64,000 nt of DNA from a virus, in the IMG/VR virus record IMGVR_UViG_3300044825_002033, positions 7,029-71,028 of that record; one strand, given 5' to 3'. Under the pieces are notes generated by a model. It searched no databases. It had not been told where the DNA came from and saw only the letters and a list, made by a program, of their open reading frames with translations. The number at the start of each line of letters is the position of its first letter. The first letter of the stretch is position 1. A program made the translations under genes and the position numbers. Of this stretch, positions 57,256 through 64,000 are shown piece by piece.

Positions 57256-57265
57256 GTCCCTCTCT
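57236..57265 (-). terminator. Intrinsic terminator ending the riboswitch-controlled unit
   Basis: AGAGAGGGA-CTTGAC-TCCCTCTCT then T-run. Confidence 0.85.
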
Positions 57266-57271
57266 TAATTA

Positions 57272-57373
57272 TCAAGCAACTTGTGGTTGCTTTGCCATAT
57301 TCAGTTGTGCATCTTTAAGAAGTTTTTCTTTTTTTGCTTTAACTTTTAAATAACGAACGAAGTAAGTGTTCAT
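57272..57373 (-). CDS. 33-aa basic peptide (MNTYFVRYLKVKAKKEKLLKDAQLNMAKQPQVA)
   Basis: ATGA overlap with the upstream ORF, AAGGAGG Shine-Dalgarno, ends just before the terminator. Confidence 0.6.
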   Translation of the reverse strand: MNTYFVRYLKVKAKKEKLLKDAQLNMAKQPQVA

Positions 57374-57507
57374 TTGTGCCCCTCCTTTACAAACTTAACA
57401 CCACGATAGGTTTCGTTGTATTGCTGGGGTTGTTGCATCATCTGTTGTTGATATTCAAGACGCTTTTGGGTATCATACTCGATACCACGATATACTACTT
57501 TAGACAT
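57370..57507 (-). CDS. DUF4278-like 45-aa peptide (MSKVVYRGIEYDTQKRLEYQQQMMQQPQQYNETYRGVKFVKEGHK)
   Basis: Two YRG(I/V)x(Y/F) motifs; AAGGAG SD; directly downstream of the glnA-type riboswitch. Confidence 0.8.
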   Translation of the reverse strand: MSKVVYRGIEYDTQKRLEYQQQMMQQPQQYNETYRGVKFVKEGHK

Positions 57508-57538
57508 TAGGTTTCTCCTTAAGGGTTTAGGTTAAAGA

Positions 57539-57637
57539 GCGTTCCTTCAGTCGGCGTTTGCGTTCGCTATTTGCGAATAGCGAATGAACGATCCGTTCCG
57601 CGTCGGCTTACTTCCGTCTGGTATTCCAGATGAACGT
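57539..57637 (-). ncRNA. Tandem glnA-type (glutamine-I) riboswitch aptamers
   Basis: ACGTTCATCTGG..CCAGACGGAAGTAAG..GGAACG followed by ATCGTTCATTCGCTATT..AATAGCGAACG..GAAGGAACGC; CGTTC/GAACG P1 helices, matching the glnA motif as recalled. Confidence 0.8.
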
Positions 57638-57643
57638 AAGGTC

Positions 57644-57672
57644 ATTATAGACCTGTTAGTATAGTTATGCAA
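57644..57672 (-). promoter_or_regulatory. sigma70 promoter TTGCAT-17-TATAAT; predicted TSS ~57637 at the riboswitch 5' end
   Basis: Element spacing; -10 ends 7 nt before the first aptamer base. Confidence 0.7.
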
Positions 57673-57680
57673 AAACTTTT

Positions 57681-57694
57681 GTAACTTTTGTTAC
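57681..57694. promoter_or_regulatory. NtcA-type binding site GTA-N8-TAC
   Basis: GTAACTTTTGTTAC, with GTAAC/GTTAC palindromic arms, immediately upstream of the riboswitch promoter. Confidence 0.55.
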
Positions 57695-58020
57695 CGTTCA
57701 ATGTAACTTAATGTATGGTTTTGAGCATATAACTGTTCTATAATAATATCACATCCAATCTTTGGATTACAATCTCCGCAGGTATAAACATCTACTGCTG
57801 CTTTACCTTCTTCAGGCCAAGTATGAATACTAATATGACTTTCAGACAACAAACAAATCACAGTGACTCCCTGTGGTTCAAACTTTTTAGATATAGTTTG
57901 AACCACAGTAGCACCGCTTGCTACTGCTGCGTTTTCTAATAAGTCTATAAGACAACGCTCGTCGTCCAAAAGGACAAACGAGCATCCATATAAGTTAAGT
58001 AGATAGTGTTTCCCCATCAA
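57691..58020 (-). CDS. speD: S-adenosylmethionine decarboxylase proenzyme
   Basis: GKH.LL.LYGC, FEPQGVT...LSESHISIHTWPE.G.AAVDVYTCG. Confidence 0.95.
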   Translation of the reverse strand: MMGKHYLLNLYGCSFVLLDDERCLIDLLENAAVASGATVVQTISKKFEPQGVTVICLLSESHISIHTWPEEGKAAVDVYTCGDCNPKIGCDIIIEQLYAQNHTLSYIER

Positions 58021-58684
58021 TTTTTCTCCAAAATATAGGATCAGAAATCATCATTTCGATATCTGAAATCCCTGGTATATTTTTACTAGTTATAGTAATA
58101 TCATAAGTTATAGAAATTCTAGTAAGATCTCCAAAATACTCACTGACCCAATGTGTCATAGAAGACGGAAACATAAGGCAATTATTTTCTACTGCAATAA
58201 AAGAGATGGAAGAATTTTCAAAGGGGACAGTACCATTCCAAAAATCTAATCTACGAGTAAAGTGTAATTGTCCATTTTGATTATCTTCTTCCGATTGCAA
58301 GTAATAAACAAAACTAATATGAGAATTAGGATGAGTATGCCCGTCTACGCCACTATCACCGTCTTTTAAAAAAACTGGCCAAGATTTTTGAATATAAAAG
58401 TTGCATTTATCTTTATCTATTCCATAGACATTGATAAATTCGGATAACATATTTTCGACTTGTTGGTTTAACCATTCAAACTCTGTAAATGTATGGAGTT
58501 TATCAAAACATTTACTATCTCCAACATAACAAGTTTTATTGACATCAGATTCTAAATATTCTTTTTCTTGCCATTTAAGAACCTTTTTCATTTCACTAAT
58601 AGTTTCCTCTGATGGATTTAAACTATTAATTAAAATAGGGCAAGAATAAGGTTCATATAATTGAATAGTCATTTTTTTATTCAA
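57995..58684 (-). CDS. Putative 2OG-Fe(II) oxygenase (TIGR02466-like)
   Basis: SW...HTHPNSHISFVYYL...MFPSSMTHWV...RISITYD. Confidence 0.8.
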   Translation of the reverse strand: MNKKMTIQLYEPYSCPILINSLNPSEETISEMKKVLKWQEKEYLESDVNKTCYVGDSKCFDKLHTFTEFEWLNQQVENMLSEFINVYGIDKDKCNFYIQKSWPVFLKDGDSGVDGHTHPNSHISFVYYLQSEEDNQNGQLHFTRRLDFWNGTVPFENSSISFIAVENNCLMFPSSMTHWVSEYFGDLTRISITYDITITSKNIPGISDIEMMISDPIFWRKIDGETLST

Positions 58685-58895
58685 TTGCTTCCGAATCTAT
58701 TCCATATTCATTTATTAATTTATCAATTTTAGTTTCTTTACCAGATAGTTTTTCTATTTGAAATAAAGATGACTTTTGATACTTTTTAAGTTTTTTATAT
58801 TCTTTAATTAGATTATTTACTTCTCTATTTCGAATATAAAGACGTAGTTCTTTATCTTTTTTTTCGTTAACAAATCCACCAAATCCTGCACTCAT
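58677..58895 (-). CDS. Hypothetical protein
   Basis: 72-aa ORF overlapping its neighbours in operon fashion. Confidence 0.6.
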   Translation of the reverse strand: MSAGFGGFVNEKKDKELRLYIRNREVNNLIKEYKKLKKYQKSSLFQIEKLSGKETKIDKLINEYGIDSEAIE

Positions 58896-59245
58896 TTTCT
58901 TTTCTTTTTCTCAGGTTGTTTATATCCCCATAGTTTTGGGTTAGTTCTACCATAACCAAAATCAATCTTTTGAACAGCACCAGGACCATATTTATCATAG
59001 TACATATCAAAAAGATTAACTCGTTTAGGACAACGAGTTAGATCAATATGTTCTTTACCATCCACAATATACCAAATTAAATATGCATCACTAGGAAACG
59101 AAGAATCTTTTGCTTCTTCTAAGGTGGTATTTTCTAAAAGAATTTTGCAACCATATTCATGCGGCAGAACCTTGTTAAGTTTAGATTTATTTTCTGCCAT
59201 TTTTTTCTTTTCTCCTACTGTTACCGTCACGAACGACCTCCCCAT
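58892..59245 (-). CDS. Conserved cyanophage hypothetical protein (probable start MAENK at 59200)
   Basis: FDMYYDKYG...IDFGYGRTNPKLWGY motif. Confidence 0.7.
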   Translation of the reverse strand: MGRSFVTVTVGEKKKMAENKSKLNKVLPHEYGCKILLENTTLEEAKDSSFPSDAYLIWYIVDGKEHIDLTRCPKRVNLFDMYYDKYGPGAVQKIDFGYGRTNPKLWGYKQPEKKKRK

Positions 59246-59817
59246 TGAATATCTGGATAAGCCTCCTTGACATTTTCAAAAGATATTTTATATTTATCTG
59301 TAAGATTTTTATCTTTTGTAAGAATTAATACTTCGGATTCTTTTGGGTGAAGACCTTGTAGAAGATTAATAAACATCATCTCTCTACGAATTGTGGAAAG
59401 ATTATCATTACCGCCTTTTACATAATGATAAAGATTTTGCCATTCTTTTCTCAAAGAAGTTTTTCCTCTTCCATCAAGATCTTGTCCAGTTGCGGACTCT
59501 CCACCATACGCCTCTTTTCTTAGATTGTCCGAAAGAGTTCCTGAATAAACAGATTGCTCATCAGCATTTCCATAAGGTACTTCTCCTGATGGAAGGAGAG
59601 ATACTACACTTTCATCAAAGTTCCAAATAAAAACTGCTTTTAGAGAATCGTGTTCGTATGTCTTAAGAACTTCTACCTTCTTTGCATTACTTCTTTGTTT
59701 TGATGCAAGTTCTAGAATTTCAAATACAAAAGGATTTGTTGGAAGAGTTTCAATTGGTTTTTCAGTCGTTGTTCTCTTCGTCTTCGTCGTTGTAGTCATA
59801 GTCGTAATCGTTTTCAA
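59227..59817 (-). CDS. Conserved T4-like protein (DUF6433-like)
   Basis: WNFDESV.S.LP.GEVPY...RREMMFINLLQGLHP.E. Confidence 0.75.
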   Translation of the reverse strand: MKTITTMTTTTKTKRTTTEKPIETLPTNPFVFEILELASKQRSNAKKVEVLKTYEHDSLKAVFIWNFDESVVSLLPSGEVPYGNADEQSVYSGTLSDNLRKEAYGGESATGQDLDGRGKTSLRKEWQNLYHYVKGGNDNLSTIRREMMFINLLQGLHPKESEVLILTKDKNLTDKYKISFENVKEAYPDIQWGGRS

Positions 59818-59998
59818 ATCGTACAGATACTATTTCGTCAGGGATCACCTGCCCATTTTCATCAAAGAACTCTGGATGTAGATAAGGAGGTTTTGATTCT
59901 AACAAATGTCTATAGGTTAACCAACCAATTATACTGCCTACCATAAAAAAGAGCAAGGTAAACATTACTACGAATGTTATTACATATGCTGGTTCCAT
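59762..59998 (-). CDS. Small membrane protein
   Basis: N-terminal TM helix then HPEFFDENG...VRFE. Confidence 0.7.
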   Translation of the reverse strand: MEPAYVITFVVMFTLLFFMVGSIIGWLTYRHLLESKPPYLHPEFFDENGQVIPDEIVSVRFENDYDYDYNDEDEENND

Positions 59999-60016
59999 TT
60001 GCTTTCTCCAGAGAGT

Positions 60017-60247
60017 TTATTTTTTCCTAATATCAAAGTGAAATTCTATAAAGAAGTGAAACTCTCTACGAAAAAGAGAGATCATCTTACCAAACTTCAC
60101 TTGAAAAGTTTTTGGTCTTGATTCTCTCCTCCTCCTATTGCGTAGTAATAATTCAACACCTCGATTAATTTGAGGTTCTGATTTATTTAGTTTTCTTTTT
60201 CCGCCTACCTGGTCGTCTGTCATGACTATATTTCCATGCATCTTCAA
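60017..60247 (-). CDS. Possible small basic protein (start uncertain)
   Basis: INRGVELLLR...FGK...LFRREF segment fills the gap between genes. Confidence 0.45.
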   Translation of the reverse strand: MKMHGNIVMTDDQVGGKRKLNKSEPQINRGVELLLRNRRRRESRPKTFQVKFGKMISLFRREFHFFIEFHFDIRKK

Positions 60248-60542
60248 GAATACCGTAAAGGTAATTTCTTATTTTTCTTGCTTGTGGTTTTGGAATATGT
60301 CCATAACCCTCACGAAGTTGTTTATGAATTTCATCTGAACCACCTTCGAGATAATCATCTAAATCCATTACAAGACTACTGATTTCGCTTGCAGTGGAAC
60401 TTTCAATAAATTCTTCTACCTCAACTCTTTTTGTTCCACGAACTTTTAGATAATCATAAAACTTCAAAACAAATTGTCCATTAAAAGCATAATCAATTGC
60501 TTTTTCAACGTCGTTATAAACTTCGTGAAGAGTGTTTTCCAT
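60183..60542 (-). CDS. Conserved cyanophage hypothetical protein
   Basis: VEKAIDYAF...LREGYGHIPKPQARKIRNYLYGILEDAW. Confidence 0.75.
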   Translation of the reverse strand: MENTLHEVYNDVEKAIDYAFNGQFVLKFYDYLKVRGTKRVEVEEFIESSTASEISSLVMDLDDYLEGGSDEIHKQLREGYGHIPKPQARKIRNYLYGILEDAWKYSHDRRPGRRKKKTK

Positions 60543-60778
60543 TAAACTAGATTTTGCTCCTTCAGATACTGTACGGTATCAGTACACCCACCAATGTGTT
60601 GGTCATTAACAATTACTTGAGGAAAAGTAGATCCTTCTCCAAATTCTGCATAAAATTCATCACGGGTAAAATCGGTATTCAATTTGTAAACAACGTGTTG
60701 AAGTTGTGCTAACTCTAGCACCTGTTGGACTTTAGTGCAATATGGGCAACCGTCTTTTGAATAAACTGTGAACTTCAT
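60542..60778 (-). CDS. nrdC: Glutaredoxin
   Basis: CPYC, TFPQV, IGGCTD. Confidence 0.92.
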   Translation of the reverse strand: MKFTVYSKDGCPYCTKVQQVLELAQLQHVVYKLNTDFTRDEFYAEFGEGSTFPQVIVNDQHIGGCTDTVQYLKEQNLV

Positions 60779-60798
60779 AATTCTTTATAAACTGAAAG

Positions 60799-61083
60799 TT
60801 ATTTAGCGTTGACTGGAACTCCTTGACCTTCGGGAAGCCATACTTGCTGCTGAAGTTCTACAGGCGGCAGTTCTTTTTTTGCAGCAGGTAATCCTTGTTG
60901 ACCCGGAAGTTGTTTATCTGTTGTTGATGTGATTGTAATTACCTGATCCATAATGAACTTTTGTTTTCTATAAGTTCTTTTATCCAGATCAAAACTAACC
61001 ATCATAAGTGCATCTGTTTCTTCTCCACAGTGAGCAATCACTTTGCCTGTGGTTTTGTCAGTCACCACCCAATAATCATACAT
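60799..61083 (-). CDS. Hypothetical protein
   Basis: 94-aa co-oriented ORF. Confidence 0.65.
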   Translation of the reverse strand: MYDYWVVTDKTTGKVIAHCGEETDALMMVSFDLDKRTYRKQKFIMDQVITITSTTDKQLPGQQGLPAAKKELPPVELQQQVWLPEGQGVPVNAK

Positions 61084-61195
61084 TCTTTTTCTTCTGACTT
61101 TTTGTATTATAAGTTTCTTTTGCTGGTCTGTAAAGGTTTGGCCAAGTATCTCTAATTATTTCTGCTACTTTATAAGGTGTTTCAGAGTTAATCAT
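61076..61195 (-). CDS. Small hypothetical protein, 39 aa (MINSETPYKVAEIIRDTWPNLYRP...)
   Basis: Manually translated; overlaps the next start. Confidence 0.55.
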   Translation of the reverse strand: MINSETPYKVAEIIRDTWPNLYRPAKETYNTKSQKKKNV

Positions 61196-61196
61196 T

Positions 61197-61358
61197 TCAA
61201 TATCTTGATGGTGTATAGTCAAGATCTCCAAGGATATCTTCTAGCATTGTACCATATTCTCTGAATCTTTTATCGCCAGCAATGAAACATCTTTGGCGCG
61301 TCCATACAGCATCAGCCAAAAGTTTTACTTGCTCTTCTGTGAGTGTTAAGGTTTTCAT
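61197..61358 (-). CDS. Small hypothetical protein, 53 aa (MKTLTLTEEQVKLLADAVW...)
   Basis: Manually translated; tight packing. Confidence 0.55.
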   Translation of the reverse strand: MKTLTLTEEQVKLLADAVWTRQRCFIAGDKRFREYGTMLEDILGDLDYTPSRY

Positions 61359-61444
61359 AGTTGTTAGTGATGATAGTGATCTGTCAACGATAATAAAAAC
61401 ATAAAGAAACCAAATGATATGAAAAATATAAGAATACTAATCAT

Positions 61445-61472
61445 AAAAAAAGGAGTTCCTAAGAACTCCTTT
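61445..61472 (-). terminator. Intrinsic terminator after psbD
   Basis: AGGAGTTC-TTAG-GAACTCCT followed by T-run on the minus strand. Confidence 0.85.
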
Positions 61473-61479
61473 ATTTAGT

Positions 61480-62541
61480 TTAGAGTGCGTTGCCCCTCGG
61501 AAGAACTTCCTCAGGAAATACAAAATTTTCATGGATTTGATCTACTGGAGACATCCAAGCACGAAGTCCTTCATTCAAAAGTATATTTTTTGTGTAAAAT
61601 GTCTCGAATTCAGGATCTTCTGCTGCTCTAATCTCCTGACTTACAAAGTCGTAAGCACGAAGATTAAGGGCAAGACCAATGATACCAATGCTGGAAGTCC
61701 AAAGACCCATGACAGGAACAAATAACATGAAGAAATGCAACCAACGCTTGTTACTAAAAGCAATACCAAATATCTGTGACCAGAATCGGTTAGCAGTAAC
61801 CATTGAATAAGTTTCTTCTTCCTGTGTAGGTTCAAATGCTTTGAAAGTGTTTGATTGATCACTGTCTTCATAAAGTGTGTTTTCTACAGTTGCTCCGTGA
61901 ATGGCGCATAGAAGTGCTCCACCCAGTATACCAGCAACTCCCATCATATGGAAGGGGTTGAGGGTCCAGTTATGGAAACCTTGTAAGAATAAGAGGAACC
62001 TAAAAATCGCAGCAACGCCAAACGACGGCGCAAAGAACCAAGATGATTGTCCGAGTGGATACATGAGAAACACACTGACAAAAACAGCAATAGGCCCAGA
62101 GAACGCGATAGCATTATACGGACGGATTCCTACTAAACGTGCGATTTCAAACTGACGAAGCATAAAACCTATGAGAGCAAAGGCTCCGTGGAGCGCCACA
62201 AAAGGCCAGAGTCCCCCAAGTTGGAACCACCTGACGACATCCCCTTGAGACTCAGGACCCCAAAGTAGAAGAAGAGAATGACCCATAGAATCTGCAGGCG
62301 TTGACACAGCTGCCGTAAGGAAATTAGCACCCTCAAGATAACTAGACGCCAACCCGTGGGTGTACCAACTTGTAACAAACGTCGTGCCAGTAAGCCAGCC
62401 ACCAAGGGCAAGATAAGCAGTGGGAAAAAGTAATAGTCCAGACCAACCCACAAATACAAAGCGATCTCGTTTAAGCCAGTCATCCAGGACATCGAACCAC
62501 CCTCGTTGTGAAATAGGTTGTGAAAGTGTTGAAGAAGTCAT
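61480..62541 (-). CDS. psbD: Photosystem II D2 protein
   Basis: [23 protein letters not shown]...[12 protein letters not shown]. Confidence 0.99.
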   Translation of the reverse strand: MTSSTLSQPISQRGWFDVLDDWLKRDRFVFVGWSGLLLFPTAYLALGGWLTGTTFVTSWYTHGLASSYLEGANFLTAAVSTPADSMGHSLLLLWGPESQGDVVRWFQLGGLWPFVALHGAFALIGFMLRQFEIARLVGIRPYNAIAFSGPIAVFVSVFLMYPLGQSSWFFAPSFGVAAIFRFLLFLQGFHNWTLNPFHMMGVAGILGGALLCAIHGATVENTLYEDSDQSNTFKAFEPTQEEETYSMVTANRFWSQIFGIAFSNKRWLHFFMLFVPVMGLWTSSIGIIGLALNLRAYDFVSQEIRAAEDPEFETFYTKNILLNEGLRAWMSPVDQIHENFVFPEEVLPRGNAL

Positions 62542-62567
62542 AACCTCCCTAGTGATTTCTCATATTT

Positions 62568-62596
62568 ATCTTAACATACCTTAACAAAAGAGTCAA
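62568..62596 (-). promoter_or_regulatory. psbD sigma70 promoter TTGACT-17-TAAGAT with overlapping HLR1-like direct repeat, followed by late-type ATAAATA
   Basis: Element spacing; TTAACATA-CC-TTAACAAA at 62571-62588 on + strand. Confidence 0.6.
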
Positions 62597-62602
62597 TGAG
62601 TA

Positions 62603-63034
62603 TTAGTGCTTATGTTTATTGAGGTAGAGTATCATTTCAGATAAAAGATTTACATTGTCATTGACTTGACCCAACACCATATTACAGTTCCTACAAAGCA
62701 ACTGACGGACTTTACCAGTTTCATGGTCATGATCTACGCAAAGTTTTTTCCATTTACCATCACCTTCTCCTTTACAAATAGCACAAACTCCTCGTTGATC
62801 TTCAAACATTTGTTGATGTTCTTGAAGAGTTATACCATAATTTCTCTTTAAATCATTATTTCTTGTGCGTTCTGGATTTGCCTGATGTCTAGCCTTTACT
62901 CTTTCTTTATCACATTCTTTACATGCAGAATGACGCTTTCCTGTTTTCTTGTTACGCATATAAAACTCTGTGATGTTTTTCTCAACACCACAAGTCATAC
63001 AGGTTCTATACAGATCGGAGTATAGTTTAGTCAT
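62603..63034 (-). CDS. Free-standing EndoVII/HNH homing endonuclease (F-CphI-like)
   Basis: N-terminal CxxC...CKEC; YGIT...Q.G.CAIC...LCVDHDHETGKVRQLLCRNCN..LG; located between psbA and psbD. Confidence 0.85.
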   Translation of the reverse strand: MTKLYSDLYRTCMTCGVEKNITEFYMRNKKTGKRHSACKECDKERVKARHQANPERTRNNDLKRNYGITLQEHQQMFEDQRGVCAICKGEGDGKWKKLCVDHDHETGKVRQLLCRNCNMVLGQVNDNVNLLSEMILYLNKHKH

Positions 63035-63058
63035 TTCGTGCTTTCTTTCGTGCTTAAA

Positions 63059-63066
63059 TATTTATA
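63059..63066 (-). promoter_or_regulatory. T4 late promoter TATAAATA for the endonuclease
   Basis: Exact match abutting the psbA terminator U-tract. Confidence 0.75.
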
Positions 63067-63091
63067 AAAAAAGGAACTCCGAAGAGTTCCT
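63066..63091 (-). terminator. Intrinsic terminator after psbA
   Basis: GGAACTC-TTCG-GAGTTCC then T7. Confidence 0.9.
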
Positions 63092-63101
63092 CTTTATTAT
63101 A

Positions 63102-63179
63102 TCACCCGATGGTTGGTGCTGTCAATGCAACAGGAGTGTTACTAGCAGCAGCAAGATCAAGTGGGAAGTTGTGAGCATT
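63102..63179 (-). CDS. psbA: Photosystem II D1, 3' exon (NAHNFPLDLAAASNTPVALTAPTIG*)
   Basis: Exact continuation of D1 after ...MEVMHER. Confidence 0.95.
   Translation of the reverse strand, partial: NAHNFPLDLAAASNTPVALTAPTIG

Positions 63180-64000
<821 letters not shown>

Noticed and set aside
57672-57696. HLR1 site upstream of the riboswitch (GTAACAAA-A-GTTACAAA)
   Set aside because: Repeat period is 9 nt rather than 10; the palindromic NtcA-type reading fits better

Overview
A 64-kb, AT-rich, mostly minus-strand segment of a T4-like cyanophage (cyanomyovirus) genome. From right to left it holds: psbA split by a 207-nt group I intron, a free-standing EndoVII/HNH endonuclease and psbD; small ORFs with nrdC, a 2OG-Fe(II) oxygenase and speD; a nitrogen-control module (NtcA-type box, sigma70 promoter, tandem glnA-type glutamine riboswitch, DUF4278-like peptide) absent from the ORF track; thyX, phoH, an exonuclease and gp33/gp59/gp32; baseplate and tail genes (gp53, gp48, gp2-like, gp4, gp54-like, gp26, gp51, two long tape-measure-like proteins, a gp5-like cluster) with cp12 among them; two tRNAs and a Mom-like gene; and several large tail-fibre genes. 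The most unusual part is a ~16.5-kb cassette (3.5-19.9 kb). In it, three paralogous ~955-aa Kelch-like proteins, each with exactly 3 x 6 blades on a constant scaffold with hypervariable loops, are flanked by glycosyltransferases, a carbamoyltransferase, a sulfotransferase and 2OG-Fe(II)/DUF6445-like oxygenases. A collagen-like fibre gene runs off the left edge. Family assignments come from motif recognition only; no searches were run.
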